Positions 19,415 to 29,713 of a stretch of DNA of 64,000 nt are shown here, piece after piece. The stretch covers positions 928,001 to 992,000 of the forward strand of contig CBDBOV010000004.1 in NCBI GenBank assembly GCA_965208575.1, read 5' to 3'. Numbering within the stretch: the stretch's first letter is position 1; every line of letters begins with the position of its first letter. This DNA comes from Spirochaetia bacterium (GTDB taxonomy: Bacteria > Spirochaetota > Spirochaetia > SZUA-6 > Bin103). The position numbers were made by a program, and so were the translations under genes. The notes under the pieces are model-generated. The model did not search any database. It was not told where the DNA came from and saw only the letters and a program-made list of their open reading frames with translations.

Positions 19415-19800
19415 CGGCCGTACACCGCCTCGGGATCGAATACCCGCTCAGCGACCACCTGCAACTCACCGTCGGCAACGTGGCGGAAGAAACAGCTCCG
19501 GTAGCCCTCATGGCAGGCGGCACCGCCGATCTGCCGTACCTTCACCAGGATCGTGTCGCCGTCGCAGTCGACGTACAACCCGCGCAGTTCCTGCACGTTG
19601 CCGCTCTCCTCGCCCTTGCGCCACAGCTTGTTGCGGCTGCGCGAGAAGTAGCACACGCGGCCGGTGCGCAGCGTCTCGGCGAGCGCCTCGCGGTTCATGT
19701 ACGCCATCATCAGCACCTCGCCGTCCTCGTCATCCTGCGCGATGACCGGCACCATGCCGCCGAGCTTGTCGAAATCGACCACGCCATCCAACGCTGTCAT
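19411..19800 (-). CDS. hisI: Phosphoribosyl-AMP cyclohydrolase
   Basis: [18 protein letters not shown] and [10 protein letters not shown] motifs. Strong GGAGG SD, and it overlaps the hisG start. Confidence 0.96.
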   Translation of the reverse strand: MTALDGVVDFDKLGGMVPVIAQDDEDGEVLMMAYMNREALAETLRTGRVCYFSRSRNKLWRKGEESGNVQELRGLYVDCDGDTILVKVRQIGGAACHEGYRSCFFRHVADGELQVVAERVFDPEAVYGR

Positions 19801-19906
19801 TGCTCGCTCCTCCTCCCGATTCCGCCTACAAGGTAATCATTCGAACGCCCGAGCACGAAGCGAGGCGTTCCCGCGGCGCGGCGGCGGAGTCCACCAGGCC
19901 GTCGGG

Positions 19907-20926
19907 TCATGTCACGACGCCGGCCTCGCCGCCCGGCGCGGCAGCGGGGAATCGAGCCGCCGCCGCCTCGAATTCGGCCCAGATTCCCACCGGCAAATCC
20001 GCGCTGGCATGCCGGAAGCTGGCTGCGATCTCGGCCGCGTCGCGGCTGCCGACCAGCGTCGACCCGATGCCGGTATTGCGGAGGCTGAATTGCATCGCCA
20101 GCGCGCCCACGTCGACACCGCGCTGCCTGCACCAGCCGTACACCGCAGCCGCGCGTTGCACGTCCTGCGGCTCCTGAGCGCGGTAGCGCGCCTGGTCAGC
20201 CGGGTCGGGGCCGGCGAGCAGACCGCGCAGGTAGGGCGATGCGTTCACCACGCCGACATCGTGGGCGCGCGCCAATTCGATCAATGAACGGGCGCTATCG
20301 CGCACCGGGCTGTAGTCGTAGGGCAGCAGCACCACGTCGAAGCGGCCGTCCTCGATGCAGCGCCGATGCCACTGGTGGTTGCCCACCCCGAGGCCGAGCG
20401 CGCCTACCATGCCCGCAGCCTTGAGATCTTCGATCGCCTCGGCGGCGCCGCCGACCGCCAGAACCTGGTCCACGTGCTCGGCGGAGGTGGGATCGTGGAC
20501 GAACACGATGTCGAGGTAGTCGCGGCCGAGCGCCTCCCGGCTGATGGCGAGCGACCGGTGCACCGACGCTCCGTCGTATTGCCCCACCATTCCCGAGCGA
20601 GTGCCCACCTTGGTCGACACGTAGACCCCGTCCCGCTGTTCCGCACTCAATCCGCGCAGCGCCACACCCAGACTGCGCTCGGCGACCTCGTCCTGGTACA
20701 GCGGTGACGTATCGATGTAGTTGACTCCGAAATCCACCGCCGCTCGTAACGCGGCCGACGCGATGCTCGCCCGCTCCGCGGCCGGATTGTCGCGGTCGCG
20801 CGCCGCGCCCAGGAACGCACCGCCCAGCCCCAGCACGGAGACCTGCAGACCGGTGCGGCCCAGTCGCCTGCGCGGCAAAGCCGTGCGGGCCGGCCTGGCC
20901 GCTGCTGCCGCCCTCTCCTGTTCCAC
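19907..20926 (-). CDS. Aldo/keto reductase
   Basis: RRLGRTGLQVS.LGLG, DTSPLY, STKVG and DIVFVHDP motifs. GTG start at 20926. Confidence 0.92.
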   Translation of the reverse strand: MEQERAAAAARPARTALPRRRLGRTGLQVSVLGLGGAFLGAARDRDNPAAERASIASAALRAAVDFGVNYIDTSPLYQDEVAERSLGVALRGLSAEQRDGVYVSTKVGTRSGMVGQYDGASVHRSLAISREALGRDYLDIVFVHDPTSAEHVDQVLAVGGAAEAIEDLKAAGMVGALGLGVGNHQWHRRCIEDGRFDVVLLPYDYSPVRDSARSLIELARAHDVGVVNASPYLRGLLAGPDPADQARYRAQEPQDVQRAAAVYGWCRQRGVDVGALAMQFSLRNTGIGSTLVGSRDAAEIAASFRHASADLPVGIWAEFEAAAARFPAAAPGGEAGVVT

Positions 20927-21020
20927 GAACCGCACCGTACCACATGCCGGGCGCATTGCCAGCCAAGGCGGCAGTAACGCCACCAACGGCGGCCAGGCGT
21001 GGTACGGTTGCGCGCCTCCG

Positions 21021-22289
21021 ATGACCATCAGCAATCGCCTCCCGCGCGTACCGGCGCAGTTCCGCTCCCTGTACGGCGGGCTGCTGGCGATCAGCCTCCT
21101 GTTCGGCGCCAACTTCACCGCCATGGGCGCCGTGCTTCCGCAGATGATCCGTTCCTTCGACTGGAGCTACACCGCCGCGGCAACCGTGCTGGCAGCCGGT
21201 TCGTTCGGCTACTTCGGCGCCACCTTCGCCAGCGGTTTCGTGGTACGCCGGATCGGCCTGCGCGTCACCGCGGTCGTCGGCCTGGTACTGATCGCGGGCG
21301 CGTTGGCGCTGTTCGGCGCCACGCCCGCGCTGGCGGCCAACGTGCTGCTGCACGGACTGGTCGGCGTCGGCAGCGGCTGCGTGGAGGTGGTGATCAACTA
21401 CGGCGCGGTGCGCATGGAACGCGACGGACGCAGCCAGCTCATGAACCTGCTGCACGCGGCGTTCTCGGTCGGCGGCATGCTTGGGCCGTTGGCGGCCGCG
21501 CGGCTGCTGGACACCGGGGCGCCGTGGCAGACGGTATTCCGCATCATCGCCGCCGGCACCGCGCTCGCCGCCATCTGGCTGGCGCTGCTGCCGTTCCACC
21601 GGCTTGACGAGCGCCCCCCACCCACCCGGCGCGCCGCCCGCCGAACGGCCGACCCGCCCGCGCCGCGCACCGCCGAGGGGAGCGCGAACGCGGCCAGGCC
21701 GGCCAAGCTGCCGGTCGACCACGTGCTGGTGGCGCTGTGCGTGGCCTTGCTGTTCATCTACGTCGGCGCCGAAGTGGGCGTGTCGGGCTGGATCGGCGAG
21801 TATTTCGTGAGCGTGCTCGGCCGCAGCCCGGCGCAAGGGGCGAACCTGGTGACGCTGTTCTGGGGCGGCATCCTGGCGGGCCGGCTCCTGCTTGCGCTCT
21901 GCTACACGGGGAGGCAATCCGCGCTCGCTATCCTGGCGCTCGCCGGAGTGGCCGCGGGCGGGCTGATCGTTGCCGTTGCCGCCGGCGGACCGATCGCCGC
22001 GGCCGCCGGATTCGTGGCGGCCGGGTTCGGGTTCTCCTCCATCTATCCGCTGGTGATGTCGATCGTCGGCAGCTACGTACCGGCGCGCAGGCAGAGCATG
22101 GTGGTAGGGTTTGCCTCCAGCGGCGGAGGCATCGGTTCGCTGGTGTTTCCGTTCCTGGTGGCGGCGGTGGCACAGCACACCGGTATTCGCCGGGGGTTCC
22201 TGCTGTACGTGGCGCTCGCGCTGCTGCTGATGCTGCTTGCGTTCGCCGCCATGCTCAGAACCCGCGGCATCGACCGCGCGCGGTCGTGA
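21021..22289 (+). CDS. MFS transporter (FucP/TsgA-like)
   Basis: About 12 TM, with MNLLHAAFSVGGMLGP, YVGAEVG and FW.G...GR motifs. Confidence 0.9.
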   Translation: MTISNRLPRVPAQFRSLYGGLLAISLLFGANFTAMGAVLPQMIRSFDWSYTAAATVLAAGSFGYFGATFASGFVVRRIGLRVTAVVGLVLIAGALALFGATPALAANVLLHGLVGVGSGCVEVVINYGAVRMERDGRSQLMNLLHAAFSVGGMLGPLAAARLLDTGAPWQTVFRIIAAGTALAAIWLALLPFHRLDERPPPTRRAARRTADPPAPRTAEGSANAARPAKLPVDHVLVALCVALLFIYVGAEVGVSGWIGEYFVSVLGRSPAQGANLVTLFWGGILAGRLLLALCYTGRQSALAILALAGVAAGGLIVAVAAGGPIAAAAGFVAAGFGFSSIYPLVMSIVGSYVPARRQSMVVGFASSGGGIGSLVFPFLVAAVAQHTGIRRGFLLYVALALLLMLLAFAAMLRTRGIDRARS

Positions 22290-22301
22290 CGGCGACGCCC
22301 G

Positions 22302-22727
22302 CTATCCCGATGAACCGTTGCTGCGCCGGGGCGCGGGCTTGTTGTGCGCGGCCGTGATGACGCGCAGAATGCGGCTGGCGACCAGTTCGTCGCCGACTTC
22401 CAACGTAATCACGTAGGCGCCGAAGTGGTTGAAGTTGCAGGTGATCGGCAGCACCAGTTCCACGTCCTCGCGTTCGCCCGCCACGTGGATCTCGCCGCTG
22501 CGCGTGGCGACCTCCTCCGACGACTGGCCGTGGGTCACCGTAACGCTGAATTCGTGGGTGCCGCGCGAGACGCTGCCGAGCGCGCCGTAGATGAACCACG
22601 CCACCGGCGGCGACGGCACGGTCGAAAACTGAAAGGACTGAAACACGCCGATCAGCCCCTTCTTGCCGTTGTTCTCGGTGATGATCCGGTCGCAGCACAG
22701 CAGCGCGTGAACTACCAACTCGTACAT
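22302..22727 (-). CDS. Hypothetical beta-sandwich protein (DUF6941-like)
   Basis: GGAGG SD before ATG 22727, and a LLCCD.I..E.NGKK.LIGVF...F..FGAY pattern. Confidence 0.65.
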   Translation of the reverse strand: MYELVVHALLCCDRIITENNGKKGLIGVFQSFQFSTVPSPPVAWFIYGALGSVSRGTHEFSVTVTHGQSSEEVATRSGEIHVAGEREDVELVLPITCNFNHFGAYVITLEVGDELVASRILRVITAAHNKPAPRRSNGSSG

Positions 22728-22805
22728 GGTCGTCGCGTCGCCTCCAGAGTAGCGGATTTCTCCCCGCACGCCTATCGCCGCCGGCAGGCCGTCAGCGCAG
22801 CGCGG

Positions 22806-24113
22806 CTAGCGCAGGGTTCGCAAGCGCCGGTTGGTGAGCAGCACCACCGACACCAGCAGCATGAACGCGCCCATCACGGCGCCCGCCACCTGGCCGCCGA
22901 ACGCTTCCGCCAGGGCGCCGGCCGGCAGCGCCCCCAGCGGCACCAGGCCGAACGAGATCATGAACACGCTCGCCACGCGGCCGTGGTACTCCTCGTCGGC
23001 GATCTCCAGCATCACCGCCTGGTTGAGCGCCTTGCGGATGGCATCGCCCACGCCGAGCACCAGCATGCACGCCAGCCCCACCCAGAACAGCGCCAGTCCC
23101 GACATCACCAGGATCGCGGTACTGGCCACAATCGCGCCGCTCACCAGGATCAGTCCGCGGCGCCCCGGCCGCACGTTGGCCACCACCACCGCCGCGCCCA
23201 CCGAGCCCACGCCCATCGCGGTCACCAGCAGGCCGAGCACCTCGGGGCCGCGCTGGTACAGGTCGACCACGAACACCGGCAGAATGAGCCGGAATGGCAT
23301 CGCCACCAGGGCGTACACCACCGAGATCACGAACAGGATGACGATGTCCGGCTGGCGGCGAATGTAGATGAGCCCCTGCCGGATCGCCGCCTGCTGGGTA
23401 CCGCCGACCGCGGGCACGTACCGCGAACTGATCCGCCCGGTCATCCACACCGCGCCGACCCCCATGGCCGCGACGAAGTAGTAGGTCGCCGCGGGGCCGA
23501 ACAGCCCGTACAGCCACCCGCCGAAGGCAGGCCCCACCAGCGTGGTCAGACTGAACCCCGCCGCCATGAGCGACAGCGCATTGGTGGTGAGCCGGCGCCC
23601 CACCAGCCCGGGAATCATCGCCTGGCGAGCCGGCACCAGGAGCGCCCACAGCATGCCCTGCAGCGCCGACGACGCCAGCAGGTGCACCCAGGTGACCTGT
23701 CCGAACTGAATCGCCAGGCCGACCGCCAGCGCAACCATCGAGAACATCGCCTGCGCCACCTGCACCAGCCGGCGGCGGTCGAACCGGTCCGCCACCGCGC
23801 CGCCGACCAGCGCCAGCGACAGCATCGGCACCGCGAAGCCGACCGCGACCAGGCTGAGCAGGAGCGGCGAGCTGGTCAGGTCGTAGGCCAGGTAGCCGGA
23901 CGCCACCATGCGGACCTGCGAGGCGCCGAACAGGATCAGCAGGCCGAACCACAGCAGGCGGAAGTCGCGCACCGCCAGGGACGCAAACGTGGTGGTGCGC
24001 GCGCGCCGTCCGGTCGCGCGCAGGCGTTCCGCTAGCGCCACGCGGCTTGCAGACGAATTCCGTGCGCCGGACGCCACGCGGCCGGCACATGGACCAGACG
24101 TGACGGACGGCAC
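22806..24113 (-). CDS. MFS transporter (DHA3/EntS-like); start uncertain
   Basis: FRLLWFG, motif A GGAVADRFDRRRL, PARQAMIP and GRVAS, with 12 TM. Confidence 0.9.
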   Translation of the reverse strand: MPSVTSGPCAGRVASGARNSSASRVALAERLRATGRRARTTTFASLAVRDFRLLWFGLLILFGASQVRMVASGYLAYDLTSSPLLLSLVAVGFAVPMLSLALVGGAVADRFDRRRLVQVAQAMFSMVALAVGLAIQFGQVTWVHLLASSALQGMLWALLVPARQAMIPGLVGRRLTTNALSLMAAGFSLTTLVGPAFGGWLYGLFGPAATYYFVAAMGVGAVWMTGRISSRYVPAVGGTQQAAIRQGLIYIRRQPDIVILFVISVVYALVAMPFRLILPVFVVDLYQRGPEVLGLLVTAMGVGSVGAAVVVANVRPGRRGLILVSGAIVASTAILVMSGLALFWVGLACMLVLGVGDAIRKALNQAVMLEIADEEYHGRVASVFMISFGLVPLGALPAGALAEAFGGQVAGAVMGAFMLLVSVVLLTNRRLRTLR

Positions 24114-24269
24114 CGATCAGGGCGCAGGCGGCACCGGAGCGCTATTGCGGGCGGCGGTGAGAGGGGGGGCATGCGAGGGGATCTTGCGCGCGAGCGTACC
24201 ACGTCCGGGCCCCGGCGTGCAGGCCCCTTCTCGTGCGGCGCCGCGGGAGCGGGCGCGCCGGGTTCTTGA

Positions 24270-24372
24270 CAGTGCCGTCGGCCTCGCCTGCCGGTTCATC
24301 GCCCACGACCTGTCGGTGGTTGAGCACATCGCCGACCGGCTGCAACTTCCACACGCGCTGTCCCTACGCCGC
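24270..24372 (+). pseudogene. Collapsed remnant of an oligopeptide ABC ATPase (OppF/AppF)
   Basis: FIAHDLSVVEHIADR is followed directly, in another frame, by GCNFHTRCPYA. These motifs normally lie well apart in OppF proteins. Confidence 0.7.
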
Positions 24373-24483
24373 CGAGCTCACCCTCGTCGGCTACCACTGA
24401 GCGCCGCTCCTCCTCGCAATGCCATCGTCACGGCCCCTGGCATTCGATGATACTCCTGAGTATATTTGCTTGGGAAGGTAATC

Positions 24484-25752
24484 ATGGCGGCTGCATTCGA
24501 ACGCGCGCAAGTCGACACCCTCTGCCAGCGGCTCGCGGAATCCCCGGCGCGGCTCATTACGCTCGTTGGGCCACGCCGGACCGGCAAGACGACCATTGCC
24601 TTGCAAGCACTGCGCCGAATCGACCGTAGAAGCCGCCACCTTGCCGTGGACGAGCCCGCCCCCGACGGAATCGGCACGCCCTTTGGCCGGGCGGACCCCA
24701 TTCTCACCGAACCAGAGGCGCGTGACATGGCATGGCTGGACTATAATTGGAAACAAGCGCGGCACGAGGCGGAACGGTCCCCGGGCGGCTTCGTGCTGGT
24801 GCTGGACGAGATTCAGAAGATCCCCCAGTGGTCGGAGACGGTCAAGGGACTGTGGGACGCCGACCGGGTGAGCGGCTGCCCCCTGCACGTGGTCGTTCTG
24901 GGGTCGGCTCCGCTCCTGATGCAGTCCGGTTTGAGCGAGAGCCTCGCTGGACGTTTCGAACCGATCCGGGTGACCCATTGGTCGTTCGCGGAGGTTTCCG
25001 CTGCGTTCGGCATCGACCTGCCGCGCTACCTCTACTTTGGCGGCTACCCGGAGGCGTACGGTCTGATCGCGGATGAAGACCGGTGGCGCGATTACGTGCT
25101 CGGGGCGGTCGTCGAGCCGAACATCGAGCGTGACATCCTTGCGTTGACCCGGGTCGACAAGCCCGCGCTCCTGAAGCGGCTGTTCGAGTTGGGCGCCGCC
25201 TACTCCGGTCAGATCCTGTCGTACAACAAGATGCTCGGCCAACTCGACGACGCCGGCAACACCACTACCCTGGCGCGCTACCTCGACCTGCTCGGCATGG
25301 CCGGACTGGTCGCCGGCCTGCCGAAGTACACCGGTACGGCCGCCGGGCGACGCGCGTCGAGCCCCAAGCTCAACGTGCTCAACACGGCCTTGATGACCGC
25401 CGGCTCCGGCTATTCCTTCGACGAAGCAATTGCCGACCGGACACTCTGGGGACGGATTGCCGAGACCGCCGTGGGCGCCCACCTGTACAACACGGCGGCG
25501 TCCAATGTTCGCGTGCACTACTGGCGGCAGGGCTCGCACGAGGTGGACTTCGTCCTGCACCGTGGCCCGCGGCTGGTGGCGATAGAGGTCAAGAGCGGCG
25601 ACGCGCGCAGGGGCGCGACCACCGCGCTGCGGGGAATCCGGGAATTCGAACGGCAGTATGGTCCTCGCCGCTCGCTGCTGGTCGGAGCGGGCGGCATACC
25701 GCTCGACGAGTTCCTCGCAGCCCCCGCCGGCCATTGGCTTGAAGAAGCATGA
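24484..25752 (+). CDS. AAA_14 ATPase with DUF4143-type C-terminal nuclease-like domain (COG1373 type)
   Basis: GPRRTGKTT, LDEIQK, LGSA...ESLAGR and GGYP motifs, with a C-terminal YWR...EVDFV...AIEVKSG. Confidence 0.92.
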   Translation: MAAAFERAQVDTLCQRLAESPARLITLVGPRRTGKTTIALQALRRIDRRSRHLAVDEPAPDGIGTPFGRADPILTEPEARDMAWLDYNWKQARHEAERSPGGFVLVLDEIQKIPQWSETVKGLWDADRVSGCPLHVVVLGSAPLLMQSGLSESLAGRFEPIRVTHWSFAEVSAAFGIDLPRYLYFGGYPEAYGLIADEDRWRDYVLGAVVEPNIERDILALTRVDKPALLKRLFELGAAYSGQILSYNKMLGQLDDAGNTTTLARYLDLLGMAGLVAGLPKYTGTAAGRRASSPKLNVLNTALMTAGSGYSFDEAIADRTLWGRIAETAVGAHLYNTAASNVRVHYWRQGSHEVDFVLHRGPRLVAIEVKSGDARRGATTALRGIREFERQYGPRRSLLVGAGGIPLDEFLAAPAGHWLEEA

Positions 25753-27048
25753 GTCTCATCGGCCCATATCCGAGCGGTATCCAGGAGCGACGCCGCTCGC
25801 ACGAAGAACGAGAGAGGAACCACGGCGATTGGATAGCCCACGTACGTTCCAATTTGGCTGAACTGAGCTCGGGAACGGGTAATCTCGCGACACTGTATTG
25901 GACCGGGAAGGCATACTTCGGCTCGCTCGTGGAGGCTCGCGGAAGCTGCCCCAAGGAACGGATCAGAAGCCTCTTTCGAAACGAGGAACCGCTGGTCGAG
26001 GCGGCACTCGCCGGCATGCGCGGCACCCTGAGCCGCAGCGACGTTCCGGATCCAGCCGAGATCATCAGTAATGTGGGAAGCGGCCAGGAGTACCGCGTAG
26101 CACTACCGTTCCTGGCCGGTATGGAAGAAATCGAACCGGAGACGTTGCTCCGACTGAGTGACAGGCAGGTAAGGCAGGCGCTCGCGTTCCGTTACTGCTC
26201 GCCTGCCCTCCGCCTGAGGCAGCAGGATTCGGCGTGGTACCGGACACTGCTGGACCGGTGTCCGGAAACCGTCGCCGACGTACTCGTCCGTTGCGCGGCT
26301 TCGATTCTTCGCAGCGGTAAGCACGACTACTCCATCGCTCATCAGCTACTCGGAGAAGATCATGCTCGCGTAGCCCGTCATGCGGCCATGCCGCTACTGC
26401 GCGGTTTCCCCCTGCGCTGCACGGCGGCGCAGCTTCAGAATCTGGACGAACTGCTCCATGCCGCCCATCGGTACGCCGATCGACGGTCCTTTCTTGAATT
26501 GATTGCGGCGAAGGTCTCGCGTCCGAGCATGACTGTCGCCCAGAGGGTTCACTGGCTGGCGATGGGAGTCATCGTTCGTCCGCGCAGCTACCTCGATCCC
26601 TTGAGAGACTTCGTACGACGCCGGGAGAGGCGCATGTCGCATCTCGCGGAGTTTCTGCTGCGGGCAGGTCCGACCATCGACGAGCTGACGGTACCGGCTC
26701 TGAAGTACTACATCAGCCTGCTCGGAAGTACCCTCGGACGTTGGTTCTCGCACGATTCGTATGTCTTGGCCACCGAGTCCGCCAGTGTGGCGCCATGTGT
26801 CTACCAGATGATCGAGCGCTTGGCAGCGCTTCCCGACCCGGAAGCACGCGCTGCGCTGGACGAGCTCGCGACAGACGAGGCGCTATCCTCCTGGAAGGTG
26901 AACTTGGTCGCCGCTCGCGACCGCCAAACGCGTGGTGCGGCGCGACGCCCTCCACCGGCATCCCGGCGTCGACCAGGCCTGCGAGACCTTGCGCGATGGT
27001 CGAGCCGCGAACCCGGCTGATCTCGCCGCCCTCGTGACCGGCGCACGA
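25749..27048 (+). pseudogene. Truncated, frameshifted internal fragment of a large alpha-helical protein (probably NACHT/STAND-associated)
   Basis: A 423-aa helical ORF with no NTPase motif. Near 26930 the protein-like sequence continues in another frame (VRRDALHRHPGVDQACETLRDGRAANPADLAALVT) and stops just before the IS. Confidence 0.55.
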
Positions 27049-27060
27049 TTTCGGTCTAGG

Positions 27061-29037
27061 CCGAAGTTCCAGAGCGGGAATCTTGTTAATTCGTTATTGA
27101 TCTGAAAATTGCGCTCAACAGCCGATGTCCGTTACTGGCTACACTTGGGCGCTGACCTCCAGGAGATCGAAACAGCGCTGCTGCAGCGCGGTCGGTTCGC
27201 TGTGCATGGTGAACGTGGCGCCGCTATCCACTATCCGCACGCGGTTGGCCGTCAGCGTCCCCAACTCGCTCATCAGGCTGCGAAAGCTGTGCACCGGCAG
27301 ACCGTCGTCGGTACGCTTGCTCGCCGCCTTCCGGTGTGCGGCCGGTGAGCGTTCCGCCGGTTGCACCACCGACTCGCGCAGCGCCTCGCCGGCGGCGCGG
27401 TCGTGGTCGTCGAACAGCACCGGCGCCAGCTTCCTGCGCATGTGCCACTCCACGTAGTAGGCCAGCATGCACAGGAACACGTGCGCCCGCACCCGGTCTG
27501 CGCTGCGGTGATAGATCGGTCGCACCTTCAGATCCACCGTCTTCATGCTGCGGAACGCACGTTCCACCTTGGCCAGGTCCTTGTACGCCGTCACCGTCTG
27601 CTCGGCGTCGAACAGCTCCGGCTCCACGTTGGAGCGCACGATGTAGAGCCCGTCCAGTTCTTCCTCGGCCGCGATCTTGTCCAGATCACGCGCGAACGAG
27701 AACGAGTCGTCGGTGATGGTGGTGGTGAAATGCTTGCCCACCTTGTAGTGGTTGATCACCTTGCCCACCCGCAGGCCGATCGCGCCGGCGCCGCGCAGCG
27801 GCTCCTTGGCGCGCTGCGTGGCCGTCACGATCGGCGTCAGTTCCTCCTCCGTGGAGGCCAGCAACTTCTGCCTCTTGCGCTGCCGTTGCTCGGCCAGGAT
27901 CGGGTTGCGGCACACGATCAGCCGCTCGCCGGGGAACTCGGGTGAGCTGATCTCCGCCAGGTCACGCTCGTCGAACATGGTCTGCGCCACTTCGCCGGCC
28001 TCGATCAGCTTGCGGATGGTGGGCGCCCGCAGGGTCGTGATCCAGCGCAGGCCGTCGATCCCCTGCAGGTCCTCGCGGATGCGCGCGCCGGTGAGCATGC
28101 CGCGGTCGCCGACCAGCACGACGCGCTGCAAGCCGAAACGGTTGCGAATCTTGTCGACCTGAGCGGCGACCGTCTTGGGGTCACTGGTGGAGCCCTCGAA
28201 TACCTCGACGGCGATGGGACAGCCGTCTGCGGTACACAGCAGGCCGAACACGATCTGCAAGGTGCCGCGTTTGCCGTCGCGGCTGTGACCACGGCGCGCC
28301 AACGGGCAGGTGTGGCCATGGAAGTAACTGGAAGTCAGGTCGTACAACATGAGCGTGTTGTCATGCAGATGGCGCTTGGCCAAGCGCTGCTCGATGCCGT
28401 GCTGGCGAGCGAGCAGCCAATCCATGGCGGCATACAGCTCATTCTCGTCGACGGCTCCCAACTGCAGCAGGTGGCCGAGGGAGGAGACGGCGCTTTCGGG
28501 GTTCAGGCCGCGAGCGGTGGCGAGTTTGGAGCGAGCGTCGACGACGCGAGCGACGATCATGGCGACGACCAGGTCGCGTTCACGGGAGGCGGGACGAGCG
28601 ACGAGGGAATGGAGGGAGAGCTTGCGGAGGGAACCGAGGACGGCGGCGACGTGGCCGTGGGGATAGCTGCGCAAGATGGAGAGCAGTTCGTTGGGAGAGC
28701 GCAGAGCGATACCGCCGTTGAGGAGGACGCGCAAACCCTCGACGAGGTGATCGGGCCACTTGGAGAGGTTGGCGATGGTGCGTTTTTTGACCTTGCCGTG
28801 CTGGCGGAAGGACTCGCGGAGGAGGACGGCTGGGGGAGAGTTGCGGTTGGGGACGGTGTCGATGTACATGGGCACCCTACGGAGGGAATGGTAGATCATT
28901 TAATAATTACATGTCAACCAGATGAGAGAAAATTAACGCTGAACCACAGGACTATTTACATGGACACGATTTACACCCATGAACACGCTAATTCCTGTAA
29001 TAGGAAACAGTTACAAGAACGGCCTCTCAAACCTCGG
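27061..29037 (-). mobile_element. IS1634-family insertion sequence (1977 bp)
   Basis: Imperfect TIRs CCGAAGTTCCAG (27061) and revcomp CCGAGGTTTGAG (ending 29037), with a 6-bp direct repeat TCTAGG at 27055-27060 and 29038-29043. Confidence 0.9.
27139..28869 (-). CDS. IS1634-family DDE transposase
   Basis: MYIDTVPNRNSPPAVLLRES start, DDE motifs YDLTSSYF, VGDRGM and VERAFRSMK, and RVRAHVFLCMLAY. Confidence 0.95.
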   Translation of the reverse strand: MYIDTVPNRNSPPAVLLRESFRQHGKVKKRTIANLSKWPDHLVEGLRVLLNGGIALRSPNELLSILRSYPHGHVAAVLGSLRKLSLHSLVARPASRERDLVVAMIVARVVDARSKLATARGLNPESAVSSLGHLLQLGAVDENELYAAMDWLLARQHGIEQRLAKRHLHDNTLMLYDLTSSYFHGHTCPLARRGHSRDGKRGTLQIVFGLLCTADGCPIAVEVFEGSTSDPKTVAAQVDKIRNRFGLQRVVLVGDRGMLTGARIREDLQGIDGLRWITTLRAPTIRKLIEAGEVAQTMFDERDLAEISSPEFPGERLIVCRNPILAEQRQRKRQKLLASTEEELTPIVTATQRAKEPLRGAGAIGLRVGKVINHYKVGKHFTTTITDDSFSFARDLDKIAAEEELDGLYIVRSNVEPELFDAEQTVTAYKDLAKVERAFRSMKTVDLKVRPIYHRSADRVRAHVFLCMLAYYVEWHMRRKLAPVLFDDHDRAAGEALRESVVQPAERSPAAHRKAASKRTDDGLPVHSFRSLMSELGTLTANRVRIVDSGATFTMHSEPTALQQRCFDLLEVSAQV

Positions 29038-29166
29038 TCTAGGTGGTCGACGTGAGCCCGCCGCCTCCGTAACCCGCGTGCCGGGGTTGCCGATCCGGCA
29101 TGACCCGACAAGCTGCGGCGCGCTATCATGGGGCCACCAATACGACAATCCGACAAGGAGTTCTGC

Positions 29167-29703
29167 ATGGGCAACGACAAGCTGAGGACCATTCCGGTGA
29201 AGGACACCGATGCGCCCGAATTCGCGGAGGTGGCGCGCAAGATTAGCTGGCCGGCGAAAGACGCTGATCGGCCGTCGCAGTTCTGGCCGGCGATGAGCGG
29301 GTTCAACATCGGCTCCGGCACCGACGTGGACATCTCCTACCTGGAGTCGACCCGCTCGGAGCCGTCCAACGGCTTCGACCGCCACCTCAACACCGAGGAG
29401 CTGTTCGTGTGCCTGGCGGGGGAGTACGTGATGCCGATGGCGCCGTGCCGCAGGCCGGACGACCCCGACGACGAGCCGCGCATCGAGGACCTGATCGCGT
29501 TCCGGGTGCGCGCCGGAGATGCCTACGTGCTGAAGCCGAACGTGTGGCACAACGGCGGCTGGCCGACCAGGGAGGCGGGCTCGATGCGCTACATCATGGT
29601 GCTGTCCGGGCACCGAGCCGGCGAGGGCCACCAGGGGCGCGTCGACCACATCATGAAGACCCTGCCGGACGACCAGCAGGTCATCCCGGAAGGGCTGGCA
29701 TAG
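29167..29703 (+). CDS. Ureidoglycolate lyase (AllA)-like cupin
   Basis: AAGGAG SD. FDRHLNTEELF and PNVWH match the ERH/VWH metal-binding pattern of this family. Confidence 0.6.
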   Translation: MGNDKLRTIPVKDTDAPEFAEVARKISWPAKDADRPSQFWPAMSGFNIGSGTDVDISYLESTRSEPSNGFDRHLNTEELFVCLAGEYVMPMAPCRRPDDPDDEPRIEDLIAFRVRAGDAYVLKPNVWHNGGWPTREAGSMRYIMVLSGHRAGEGHQGRVDHIMKTLPDDQQVIPEGLA

Positions 29704-29713
29704 CGCCGGCGCC

